64,000 bases of DNA from Acidobacteriota bacterium (GTDB taxonomy: Bacteria; Acidobacteriota; UBA890; WLXD01). Of the stretch, positions 8,689 to 17,087 are shown piece after piece. The DNA is taken from assembly GCA_029263295.1 (NCBI GenBank), contig JAJCXT010000090.1, forward strand, positions 390-64,389, read 5' to 3'. How positions within the stretch are numbered: position 1 is the first letter of the stretch; each line of letters opens with the position of its first letter. The position numbers and the translations under genes were made by a program. The notes below the pieces were generated by a model that saw nothing but the letters and a program-made list of their open reading frames with translations, made no database searches and was not told the origin of the DNA.

Positions 8689-9237
8689 TCACCACAACCG
8701 ACACCGCGGCCAGCGCCGCGCGAGGTATGTGTCGACACCAAACGATCGGCCGCCAGCACCGAGCACGAGCACCACCAGATACCACGCGTAGTCCCAGTTG
8801 CCGCTCGCTGGGAAGAATGGGTTGTTGTACAGGAGAGCATAGTTGGCAGCCAGGAAGATCCCGACGATGGCCCCGAGCCGCGTTGCGGCGCCGAAGGTAA
8901 TCGAAACGCCGGTAAGAAACTCGCCCCAGGTCACGAGAAACGCAAAGAGTCCAGCGTTGGGCAGGACCCAGCTCTCGAGAAACGGCACGTACCAACCGAC
9001 CGTCCGGCCCGACTCGATGACGCCGCTAATCTGGTTGTAGATCTCGCCGCTGGCATCCTCGGCCCTCATCCAGTACATGCCGGTGCCAATAAACATGGGC
9101 CCGATCACGAACCTGATCAGCAACAGCAGGGCTGCTGGGACCTTCGCACCAATGCTGTCGCGCCAGAAGGTTGTCAGCACCGACGTGCTCTCCACAGTGA
9201 CATTGCTCACCCAATACCTCGCGAAGGGATTCCTCAA
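8689..9237 (-). CDS. DoxX-family membrane protein
   Basis: It has four hydrophobic segments. LLLLIRFVIGPMFIGTG and WGEFLTGVSITFGAATRLGAIVG are typical of DoxX. TTG start at 9237 is uncertain. The gene ends 17 nt upstream of the sigma gene. Confidence 0.65.
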   Translation of the reverse strand: MRNPFARYWVSNVTVESTSVLTTFWRDSIGAKVPAALLLLIRFVIGPMFIGTGMYWMRAEDASGEIYNQISGVIESGRTVGWYVPFLESWVLPNAGLFAFLVTWGEFLTGVSITFGAATRLGAIVGIFLAANYALLYNNPFFPASGNWDYAWYLVVLVLGAGGRSFGVDTYLARRWPRCRLW

Positions 9238-9286
9238 AAATGACCTATCGAGAGATAGAACGCGCGCCGACCGTCATTCCTTCCGA

Positions 9287-9312
9287 GGAACCGTCGCGGA
9301 ACACTGTGCGTC
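9287..9312 (+). promoter_or_regulatory. Candidate ECF-type promoter upstream of the Kelch gene
   Basis: GGAAC (9287-9291), a 17-nt spacer, then CGTC (9309-9312). This matches the general GGAAC-N16-18-CGT pattern of ECF promoters. It lies 128 nt upstream of ATG 9440. Confidence 0.25.
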
Positions 9313-9439
9313 GGTCCGTCGTGGGAGACGCGTAAGCGGTGCCACAGACCGATCGGTCTCGACAAAGCAATCGGCCACCCATCTGTGCTCTGCTGTGGGC
9401 GAAGCGTGGTCCCCGCCAGCTCGAAAGGAGCGTAGTGCC

Positions 9440-11290
9440 ATGATTTCGACCGCCAGCCGGTGCAGCATCTGCATCCTTGTTGCTCTGTCGCTTCTGGCTC
9501 CGGACGCGCGCGGCGTCGCGCAGGACGACGGGTCCTGGCGCGAGGCAGCCCCGCCACACTTGGTCCCGCCCGCGGGCCCCCAGAGTGGCATCGTCTGGGA
9601 CAGTCGACGTGGCCGCGTGATCGCGCACAAGGGGGCTCAGTCGGATGAGCACCCCGCCACGACCTGGTCGTTTGACGGAAGCCAGTGGCGACTCGAGGCG
9701 CGCGGCGGACCGAGCGCAGGCGAGGGAAGCGCGCTGGCCTACGACGTTGCCCGGCGACGCGTTGTGCTCTTTGGTGGCCTCAGCTCAGACGATGCCGCGG
9801 CTCCGCTCGGCGAGACCTGGGAGTGGAACGGCAAGAAATGGCGCCAGCGAAGCGTCCCTGGGCCGAGTCCCCGTGCGGGCGCGGCGATGGCCTACGACGC
9901 CGCACGCGGCAGCTTGATCCTGCACGGGAGTGCGTCGGGTGACGGCGAGACCTGGGCGTACGACAGCGCGGGCTGGCGCCTGGTCTCCACCGCCGGCCCC
10001 GCAGTCGCTTCGCCTGCCATGGCCTACGATGCAGATGGTCAGCGGGTCGTCCTGTTCGGCGGTGACGTGACGAGCGTAACCTGGGAATGGAACGGGTCGC
10101 GATGGGCCATGCTTTCGAGCGGCGGCCCCGCCCCCCGCACGGGACACGCGATGGCCTACGATGCGGCGGCCGGACGCGTAGTCCTGAGTGGCGGGTTCAA
10201 CGCGGCCGGCAAAGCTCGGAATGATGTCTGGGAGCTGGTGGGAGATGTGTGGAGCCGCGCCGGCAAGATCCCGCCCCGCGGCGGACACGGCATGACCTAC
10301 GACGCCAATGAGGCTCGGCTGGTCATCTTCGGCGGAGCCACTCGGCGCAACGCAGGCGAACGCCGCGAGACGCGCGTGCGGCACCGCGGGAAGTGGGTCA
10401 ATCCCGTTCCGCGGGACGAGCGTCTCCCGTCTTCCGACACAGAACCCTACCTGTTCTACGACGCCGCGCGACGGGAGACAGTGCTGTTCGACTCGATCAC
10501 GCGGCAGACGTGGGTCTGGAACGGGGTCCGGTGGCGGCTGCGAGCCGGACCTTCGGGACCAAGTAGGCGCTTCGGGGCGAGCATCGCCTACGACCCGCAA
10601 AGAGGACGCGCGGTCCTATTTGGCGGCGCGGAGTTCGGGCGCGGAGCTCTCGCGGATACCTGGGAGTGGAACGGGCGCAAGTGGAACCGGCAGAGTAGTT
10701 CGGGTCCGATCCCCGCCTATTCCGTGGCCATGGCGTATGACCCCCGGCGGCAAGCCGTCATGCTCTTCGGTGGCGGTGTCACCGGTGGGGCGGTCGAACT
10801 GAGGCAATTCTGGCAATGGAAGAACCGCCGGTGGCAGGAGGTCATGACATCGACCATTCCAGAGCAGAGGGCTGAAGCCGCTCTGATGTTCGATGCACGC
10901 CAGGGGCAGTTGATCCTGACAGGCGGATACAGCATCCCGCTCGACGAGACGCCCTTCATGCAAACGTGGGACTTCGACGGGACGGACTGGCGACTGTTGT
11001 CGACCGATGGCCCCGGCAATCGCGCCGCACATGCGATGGTAGCCGACCCGGTGACCGGCGGCCTGCTGCTGTTCGGCGGGTTCGAGACACAGACATCAAG
11101 CTACGAACCGCTTAACGAACTGTGGAGTTGGGACGGATCGATCTGGTCTGAAATCGAGGTCCCAGACGGGGACCCCGTGCCTTTCCCAGACCGACTGCCA
11201 GCCATCGTGTACGACGAGGCCCGCGACGAGTTCCTGATGTTTGGCAGCAACGAGCGTAACGGCACTTGGATCTACAAGCGCTCGAGATAG
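9440..11290 (+). CDS. Secreted Kelch-repeat beta-propeller protein
   Basis: AAGGAG SD lies at 9425-9430, ahead of ATG 9440. A signal peptide is present. There are more than 10 repeats of the form W.W.G..W......GP.PR.GHAMAYD..RGR.VLFGG. Confidence 0.85.
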   Translation: MISTASRCSICILVALSLLAPDARGVAQDDGSWREAAPPHLVPPAGPQSGIVWDSRRGRVIAHKGAQSDEHPATTWSFDGSQWRLEARGGPSAGEGSALAYDVARRRVVLFGGLSSDDAAAPLGETWEWNGKKWRQRSVPGPSPRAGAAMAYDAARGSLILHGSASGDGETWAYDSAGWRLVSTAGPAVASPAMAYDADGQRVVLFGGDVTSVTWEWNGSRWAMLSSGGPAPRTGHAMAYDAAAGRVVLSGGFNAAGKARNDVWELVGDVWSRAGKIPPRGGHGMTYDANEARLVIFGGATRRNAGERRETRVRHRGKWVNPVPRDERLPSSDTEPYLFYDAARRETVLFDSITRQTWVWNGVRWRLRAGPSGPSRRFGASIAYDPQRGRAVLFGGAEFGRGALADTWEWNGRKWNRQSSSGPIPAYSVAMAYDPRRQAVMLFGGGVTGGAVELRQFWQWKNRRWQEVMTSTIPEQRAEAALMFDARQGQLILTGGYSIPLDETPFMQTWDFDGTDWRLLSTDGPGNRAAHAMVADPVTGGLLLFGGFETQTSSYEPLNELWSWDGSIWSEIEVPDGDPVPFPDRLPAIVYDEARDEFLMFGSNERNGTWIYKRSR

Positions 11291-11308
11291 CGCCTTGAAA
11301 CCGCTGCG

Positions 11309-12121
11309 CTAGCGAAGTCGGCGACGAATCGCGACGCTGCCTTGTTCCACGAGAACGACGATCATCAGGATCACGAGCGTGAGGGTCGCGACTCGCTGGT
11401 ATTGGAACGAACGGATGTAGAGCTGAATGTAGAAACCGATACCACCGGCGCCGACGAGGCCGAGGACGAGTGACTCGCGCAGGTTGAGTTCGAAACGGAA
11501 CAGTGTGTCGCGCGCCAGATCGGGTGCCACCTGGGTGAGCACGCCGTAACGCACGCGCTGGTGCCAGTTGGCACCAGCTGAGTCGAGCGCTTCGATGGGA
11601 CCCCGCCGGGCGCTCTCGAACGCGTCGGCGTAGAACTTGGCCAGCATGCCAATGGAGTGCACTGCGAGAGCGAGTACTCCCGGCACGGGACCGAGACCGA
11701 TCGCGGCGACGAACATCAGCGCCAACAGCAATAACGGGATGCCACGCACCAGCGCCAGGAGCCAGCGTACGGGCTGATGAACCCACGGTGGCGTCAGGTT
11801 TGAGGCCGCCAGCAACGCCGGTGGTATCGAGAAGACGACGGCCAGGAACGTCCCAAACACGGCGATCTGGAGCGTCTCGACCGTCGACTTCATGGCAACT
11901 TCGAGCGTCGACAGATCTGGTGGAATCATGCGGCCCAGGAACTCCGTCAACGGAGCCAGACTGCCGCCCACACGGCCAAGCTCGAACCCTGTGCCCTCCC
12001 ATGCCCATGCAACCGCCGCGACCAGAGCAACCGCGCTCGCAGCCCGGCGGAGAGTCGCCCCGAGGCTCTGCTCGGGTGGCGCTGGGGTCACGCCATTATC
12101 CCCACGCGGGTCGGAGGTCAT
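11309..12121 (-). CDS. phnE: Phosphonate-type ABC transporter permease (PhnE-like)
   Basis: ATGA overlap with phnC. Polytopic permease with the EAA-like loop EALDSAGANWHQRVRYGVLTQVAPD. The family is recognised from the PhnE pattern. Confidence 0.8.
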   Translation of the reverse strand: MTSDPRGDNGVTPAPPEQSLGATLRRAASAVALVAAVAWAWEGTGFELGRVGGSLAPLTEFLGRMIPPDLSTLEVAMKSTVETLQIAVFGTFLAVVFSIPPALLAASNLTPPWVHQPVRWLLALVRGIPLLLLALMFVAAIGLGPVPGVLALAVHSIGMLAKFYADAFESARRGPIEALDSAGANWHQRVRYGVLTQVAPDLARDTLFRFELNLRESLVLGLVGAGGIGFYIQLYIRSFQYQRVATLTLVILMIVVLVEQGSVAIRRRLR

Positions 12122-12927
12122 TCTCGCGTTTCCACGACGAGATGCTCCGCGGCCGGCAACGGTGGCGACTCCGTTCCGTAGATCGAGGCGATGACGCTTT
12201 CATCCAACGCCTGGGCCGGACCGTCCCAGACCACCTTGCCCGCTCGCAAACCAACCACTCGGTCGGCGAAGCGCCGCGCGAGAGCCGGTAGGTGCAGGCT
12301 CATGATCAGCGTATTTCCGTGACGGCGAGCAACTCCTACAAGCAGCTCGACGATGTCTGCGGCTAGCACAGGATCGAGGCTTGATACAGGTTCGTCGGCG
12401 AGCACCAGCTCCGGTTGCTGGACGATGACACGCGCAACTCCCACCCGCTGCTGCTGGCCCCCGCTCAGTGTGTCTACCCGCTGCGAGACCTGTTCGAGCA
12501 GGTCAACTTGGGCAATCGCGGCCATGGCCAATCGTCGATCGCTCTCGGCGAAGCGGCCAATCATCGATCCGATCCCGCGCTGGCGCCCGAGCGAACCCCA
12601 GAGGACATTGTCGAAGACGCTGACCCGGTCTACGACGTTGAAACCCTGGAACACGAACCCCACCCGACGACGCAGTGTGCGGTCGCGCTTGTCGGTGCCG
12701 CCGTCCGCTCCGAAGTGCAGCGTCGAACCCAGCACCTCGATCTCGCCGCGCTCGCCGCGCGCGTAGCCGTTGGCAAGGCGCAAGAGCGTGGTCTTGCCCG
12801 CGCCGCTGGGTCCGATCACGGCCACGACCTCCCCCGTTGCGACCTCGAGCGAGTGAACGTCGAGAATCGGCGGCTTGGAACCGTAACGAACGCGCACGTC
12901 GCGCAGACGTAGTACCGGATCAGACAC
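12118..12927 (-). CDS. phnC: Phosphonate-type ABC transporter ATP-binding protein (PhnC-like)
   Basis: Walker A is GPSGAGKTT, the signature is LSGGQQQRVGVAR and Walker B is LVLADEP. GTG start. Confidence 0.9.
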   Translation of the reverse strand: MSDPVLRLRDVRVRYGSKPPILDVHSLEVATGEVVAVIGPSGAGKTTLLRLANGYARGERGEIEVLGSTLHFGADGGTDKRDRTLRRRVGFVFQGFNVVDRVSVFDNVLWGSLGRQRGIGSMIGRFAESDRRLAMAAIAQVDLLEQVSQRVDTLSGGQQQRVGVARVIVQQPELVLADEPVSSLDPVLAADIVELLVGVARRHGNTLIMSLHLPALARRFADRVVGLRAGKVVWDGPAQALDESVIASIYGTESPPLPAAEHLVVETRE

Positions 12928-12985
12928 TGATCTGTTTCCCCCTCAGACCAGCTCGCTCAAGGGCTGGACGCGCCGAGTCTACTCA

Positions 12986-13873
12986 CTAGTCCTGCAAATA
13001 GCCGTACTCGCGGGCCAGGGCCTCGACATCCGCGAAAGCCGCATGGTCAACCTCCACATAGCCGTCGGGACCATAGACGTACTGCAGCAGGTGGTGATAG
13101 TCGTCGTCGTTGAGCTGCAGCATAGCGCGCTTGAACGCTGCCACGACGGGCGGCGCCAGGTCGCCTCGCGCAATCACGGCGTGCGACGGAATCAGGCCCG
13201 ATTCGGCTATCCAGGTCACTTCAAGCAACTGCTCGGGGGTGAGGAGCAGATCGGCGAACTGACTGGCGCCGGCGGCGTCCACGTAACCGTTCGCTACAGC
13301 TTGAATCGCCTGCTGGTAGCCGCCCGCGAAGTAGACCGAACCGAAGAAGCTCTGCGGATCGTCACCCGGCGTCATCAGGCCAGCGTCAGCAAACAGATCG
13401 AGCGGGTACAGGTAGCCAGACTCGGAAATCGGATCGGCGAAAGCGATGCTCTTGCCGCGCAGGTCGGTCAGGCCACTGATCCCACTGTCACGCCGGACGA
13501 ACACCCGCGCCTTGTACATCGCACTGCCGCGGTAGACCTCGGCCAGCACCACCTGCGCGTCAACGTGATGGTGCGCGAGGACGTAGGGCAAGGCACCCAT
13601 GAATGAGACGTCGGCCGTTCCCTGGCGCAACGCTTCGACAGCGGCTGCATGATCGAGCGTCACATAGCCGTCGACCGCCATTCCCATTTCCTCCGCCAGG
13701 TAGTCACTGATCACCGAGATATCGTCGAGCAACTTCTCGGGGTTCTCCTGTGGAATGAAAGCAAGTGTCAGCGTGTCCTGCGGCGCTGCCGACGCGTGGC
13801 CGGGTAGTCGCGCCACGCACAACGCCAGCGTCATGGCCAGTACCAGTCCGCCTTTCAGCATTCGTCGGCTCAT
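12986..13873 (-). CDS. phnD: PhnD-family periplasmic substrate-binding protein (phosphonate/phosphite type)
   Basis: Signal peptide is present. LTLAFIPQENPEKL, GTADVSFMGALPYVLA and FADPISESGYLYP are typical of the PhnD fold. Confidence 0.8.
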   Translation of the reverse strand: MSRRMLKGGLVLAMTLALCVARLPGHASAAPQDTLTLAFIPQENPEKLLDDISVISDYLAEEMGMAVDGYVTLDHAAAVEALRQGTADVSFMGALPYVLAHHHVDAQVVLAEVYRGSAMYKARVFVRRDSGISGLTDLRGKSIAFADPISESGYLYPLDLFADAGLMTPGDDPQSFFGSVYFAGGYQQAIQAVANGYVDAAGASQFADLLLTPEQLLEVTWIAESGLIPSHAVIARGDLAPPVVAAFKRAMLQLNDDDYHHLLQYVYGPDGYVEVDHAAFADVEALAREYGYLQD

Positions 13874-13901
13874 CGTGTTTTCTCCGCCGTGTCAGTAGAG
13901 G

Positions 13902-15821
13902 TCATCGAAAATCGGGCTCGTACGCAGCTTCGAGCGCTTGGTACCCGGAGAAGAGGAGCGCCGCCTCATCCCAGTCGCCAGCCATGATCGCGGCGCGGAT
14001 GTCGTCGAGGTGATCGGCGAGTTCGAAGACCTTGGGAGCCTGCGACAGGTCCTCCAGAGCCGAAGCGTCGAGCCTGAGATCAGTGGCGACCGTGAGCAGT
14101 AGCAACTCGGCGTGCTCAGCGTCGCGTGCCGGGATGAGGGTGGACAGCGTCGAGGCGAACGTCGACAGCTCGCCCCAGAACAACTGGAACTGAGTGTTGT
14201 CCGCGTCGAACACCTCGTACGGGTCCGCTCCTTCGCCGGCCGTCTCCAGGAAGGCAGTCAGATCGGCACGTTGCCCAGCGTCAAGACCGAGCTCGAACTG
14301 ACCGTCGAACCAGTCGACAACACCGGCCAGCGTGGCGATTGAGCCATCGTGGAAGTAGGGCGCAGTGTGAACCACACCGATCAGCGTCGGCGTGTCGAAG
14401 AAGGAGTCCCGCGCGCCAGGACTCGACGGATCACCGCTACCGATGTCGTGGGCACGGCCGTCCAGGAAGTTGTTGCTCGCCACGTGGCAGGTACTGCAGG
14501 CACGGTCGCCCATGCCCTCGAACCGGCGATTGAACAGCGCCTCGCCACGCCGGGCGGCGTCCGACGCAGCATCATTGAGCCGCCCGTCAGGCTGCAGGTA
14601 GGGTGCCGGGAGCCAGTCGAATTCGAGCATGTAGGCAACCAGGGCATCGAGCATGAGCGGCGAGGGCTCGGCGCCGGCGAACTCGTTGACCACCACGTTG
14701 CGGGTGAAGTCACGCAGGCTCGCGAAGCGCCCATCGCGACCATAGGGCGCAGTGAACCGAAGTCCACGCAGGCTCGGGATATCGATCGCATCGGCGCGGC
14801 GGTCGTTGAAGCGCGGGTTGAAGTAGTGGCCGTCGACATCGACATTGCCGGGACGGGTGCTGATCCCCGGGATGAAGAACCGTTGGTTGATATCGCTACG
14901 GTTGTGGCACCGCGAGCATGTGATGCCGAGACTGAGCGCCGGCTCGCCGAAGATCTGTGGCGAATCGAAGAGCATGTCGCCGTAGGCCACCAGGAACAGC
15001 TCCTTCTCATCAACACCACGCTCTTCGAAGTTGAGGACGAGCCGCGGCAGCGGATCCTGATCGTTGAGGTCGGTCGCCGGAGGCAACCATGGCGCCACGA
15101 GGCGCGCCGACGCGCGTCCGCCCGTCGGAACAGGGTCGAAGTGCGTCAGATGCGGATCAACGTCGTCCTCGTAGTTCGCGACCAAGTAGGCCTCGACGAC
15201 CCCGACCGCACTCGTGAAACGCTCCCTATCCGCCGGTCTGACGCCGCGGTTCTCGACCCCCGCGGTGCCCACCGTGGTCGTCAGTTCCAGCCAGGCGCGC
15301 CCGATCTCCCGGGCGCCCTGCGGATCCGTGGCACGCACGAAACGATCGAACGCGCGGTACATGCGGCTTGCTTGGTGCACTTCTTCAAGCGCGGCGCCAG
15401 GAGTTGTGATCTGACCCAGCGCCCGCCTCAGATGCAGCCGCACAAGTTGCGACATGGCGCGGGTGGCTGTCGCCGACAGCGCTCTTGCATCGCTGCCCTG
15501 GATGGCGGCACGAATTGCCGCCACATGGTCGGTGCCATCGACCTCTGCGGCTGCGGCAATGCCATCGTACACAGCCTCGAGCTCCCAGCCGTCTTCGCGT
15601 ACGCCTTCGTACTCGGCCCGCACGAGCGTCCAATCCGTTGGCTGCAACTTCAGATAAAAGAGGCTGCGAAGGTACGCCGCGGGAACCGGATGCCACGGGT
15701 CCTCCCGGATGATGTGGCTGCTTCCGGTGAGAGGGAGCAGGAAGATCGCCGTCAAGATGACCGTCACCATTATGGGCAGGCGGCCTGTGGTCATGCGCGC
15801 AACCGGTGTCCGGGTGTTCAT
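13902..15821 (-). CDS. Di-haem cytochrome c peroxidase / MauG-family protein with uncharacterised N- and C-terminal helical extensions
   Basis: GGAGAA SD precedes ATG 15821, 10 nt after the upstream stop. Two haem motifs are present (CSRCH and CSTCH). APYFHDGS is typical of the CCP/MauG family. About 300 aa before and about 110 aa after the core are unassigned. Confidence 0.85.
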   Translation of the reverse strand: MNTRTPVARMTTGRLPIMVTVILTAIFLLPLTGSSHIIREDPWHPVPAAYLRSLFYLKLQPTDWTLVRAEYEGVREDGWELEAVYDGIAAAAEVDGTDHVAAIRAAIQGSDARALSATATRAMSQLVRLHLRRALGQITTPGAALEEVHQASRMYRAFDRFVRATDPQGAREIGRAWLELTTTVGTAGVENRGVRPADRERFTSAVGVVEAYLVANYEDDVDPHLTHFDPVPTGGRASARLVAPWLPPATDLNDQDPLPRLVLNFEERGVDEKELFLVAYGDMLFDSPQIFGEPALSLGITCSRCHNRSDINQRFFIPGISTRPGNVDVDGHYFNPRFNDRRADAIDIPSLRGLRFTAPYGRDGRFASLRDFTRNVVVNEFAGAEPSPLMLDALVAYMLEFDWLPAPYLQPDGRLNDAASDAARRGEALFNRRFEGMGDRACSTCHVASNNFLDGRAHDIGSGDPSSPGARDSFFDTPTLIGVVHTAPYFHDGSIATLAGVVDWFDGQFELGLDAGQRADLTAFLETAGEGADPYEVFDADNTQFQLFWGELSTFASTLSTLIPARDAEHAELLLLTVATDLRLDASALEDLSQAPKVFELADHLDDIRAAIMAGDWDEAALLFSGYQALEAAYEPDFR

Positions 15822-15831
15822 TGCCTTCTCC

Positions 15832-16647
15832 CTACCAACGGATGGCCGTGCCGAGACCGATGAAGAGATCATCACTGCGGCCGTCCAGGCCGTATCCCAC
15901 GCGACCGTCGAGCTGCAGATCGTTGTTGATCAAGTAGGTGAGCCCCGTGTTCACGAAATTCTCCGGGTCACGCTCGCCCACGGGATAGACGCCGAAGTAC
16001 TCGAGATACGCGCCCCACCGCTCGCTGATGCCATATCCGAGCGCTAGCGTGAAGCCCCACACGTCGTGCCGTTCGTCGAGTTCGTCTTCCTTGACGGATG
16101 ACCAGGCGACGTTGCTCGACACGGACACCACTTCGCTCAGCTCCCAAGCAGCCGCAAGACGGGCCTCCGGCCGGGCCGTCCGAGCCTCGATTTCCTCGCT
16201 GCCCGTGGGGATGGACGTGCCGACCAGGAGTGCCACCGTCGGCCGCAAGTGGCCGACGCCACCGCCCGCCAGGAGCCGGAACTTCGCGCCGATGCCGAAG
16301 TTCTGAAATCCGCTACCGTTCGACTCGCCGCCGCGGATCAGCGTGTAGGAATTGAATCCGAGCCGCAGTTCAACGTTCTCGTCCAACACGCCAATCCTCA
16401 ACAGAAACTCGCCGACTGAGTGAACGTCCGCCTCGCCAAGACTGGCGAACGTGTAACCGGTCTCGAGTTGAAGACGGCCGCGGCCGACGGTTTCGGGACT
16501 CTCGGTGGCGTCGGGCCTGTCGGTAACGAGAGCACCCGCCTCAACTGGCGTGGCGGACTCCTCCTGCTGCCAGACGGGAGACGCAGCGGCCGAGCCCGGA
16601 ACGCCAAAGATGAACAGCGCCGCAACGGCGGAGCGGGCAACACGCAT
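15832..16647 (-). CDS. Outer-membrane beta-barrel channel (MetA-pathway/PF13557-like transporter family)
   Basis: Signal peptide is present. DRPDATESPETVGRGRLQLETGY is the family N-terminal motif. The sequence shows an alternating beta-strand pattern and ends in ...GLGTAIRW (aromatic C-terminus). Confidence 0.75.
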   Translation of the reverse strand: MRVARSAVAALFIFGVPGSAAASPVWQQEESATPVEAGALVTDRPDATESPETVGRGRLQLETGYTFASLGEADVHSVGEFLLRIGVLDENVELRLGFNSYTLIRGGESNGSGFQNFGIGAKFRLLAGGGVGHLRPTVALLVGTSIPTGSEEIEARTARPEARLAAAWELSEVVSVSSNVAWSSVKEDELDERHDVWGFTLALGYGISERWGAYLEYFGVYPVGERDPENFVNTGLTYLINNDLQLDGRVGYGLDGRSDDLFIGLGTAIRW

Positions 16648-16726
16648 GAGTGGACTCCGGGTTCACAGATTCCGTCAGCGACCGGGAACTCTTACGATTC
16701 GTCGCTCTTACGGAAAGTTTAGGCTA

Positions 16727-16746
16727 GGCTAAATTGCAGTTTAGCC
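16727..16746. promoter_or_regulatory. 7-bp inverted repeat in an AT-rich intergenic region
   Basis: ggctaaa (16727-16733), a 6-nt spacer, then tttagcc (16740-16746). It lies between the divergent outer-membrane-channel operon and the small-ORF/XRE unit. Confidence 0.2.
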
Positions 16747-16821
16747 GACCCTAATTCATTTGGCTAGCACCCATTTCTGGCGCCGAGTGCCTCCTGCAGG
16801 ATGCAGCGACCGGCTGCGCGC

Positions 16822-16859
16822 TTGACCTGAGTGTTAGAACTACCTATCATAATGTGATA
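16822..16859 (+). promoter_or_regulatory. Sigma-70-like promoter with an overlapping palindromic operator
   Basis: TTGACC (16822-16827), a 17-nt spacer, then TATCAT (16845-16850). The palindrome tatca-taatg-tgata (16845-16859) overlaps the -10 element. It is upstream of the AAGGAG SD at 16882-16887. Confidence 0.5.
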
Positions 16860-16925
16860 ACGATCTAACATTCATCGGCGCAAGGAGAACAAGCATGCGC
16901 CCCCAACGCGGGACATGCAGCGCTC

Positions 16926-17087
16926 ATGATGTCGGCAGTCCTGTGGATGCTTATCTTCGCGACCCAGGGCATGTTCGACTCCACCAGGACAATGCTCGGT
17001 GCCGGCATCCTCGGACAGTGCGGCTTCTACGGCATCTGCCTTGCCTTCTTCAAGCGCACCGGGACTCTTCATGAAGACCAGGCTTAA
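16926..17087 (+). CDS. Small two-TM membrane peptide, probably frameshifted from ATG 16895
   Basis: It is below the ORF-track size cutoff. Translation is [53 protein letters not shown]. About 79 percent of its codons end in G or C, against about 50 percent in the alternative frame from ATG 16895. It overlaps the XRE gene start by 17 nt. Confidence 0.45.
   Translation: MMSAVLWMLIFATQGMFDSTRTMLGAGILGQCGFYGICLAFFKRTGTLHEDQA

Noticed and set aside
14349-15863. 504-aa plus-strand ORF opposite the di-haem peroxidase gene
   Set aside because: It is a shadow frame. Its composition is Arg/Gly-rich with no recognisable domain. The opposite strand carries two CxxCH motifs and the CCP signature.
16895-17074. 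59-aa ORF starting at the strongly SD-preceded ATG 16895 and ending in ATGA with the XRE start
   Set aside because: As a full-length product it is rejected. Only about half its codons end in G or C, against about 79 percent in the overlapping frame, and the peptide is Arg/His-rich and implausible. The ATG itself is probably genuine but joined to the other frame through the C5 run (see findings).
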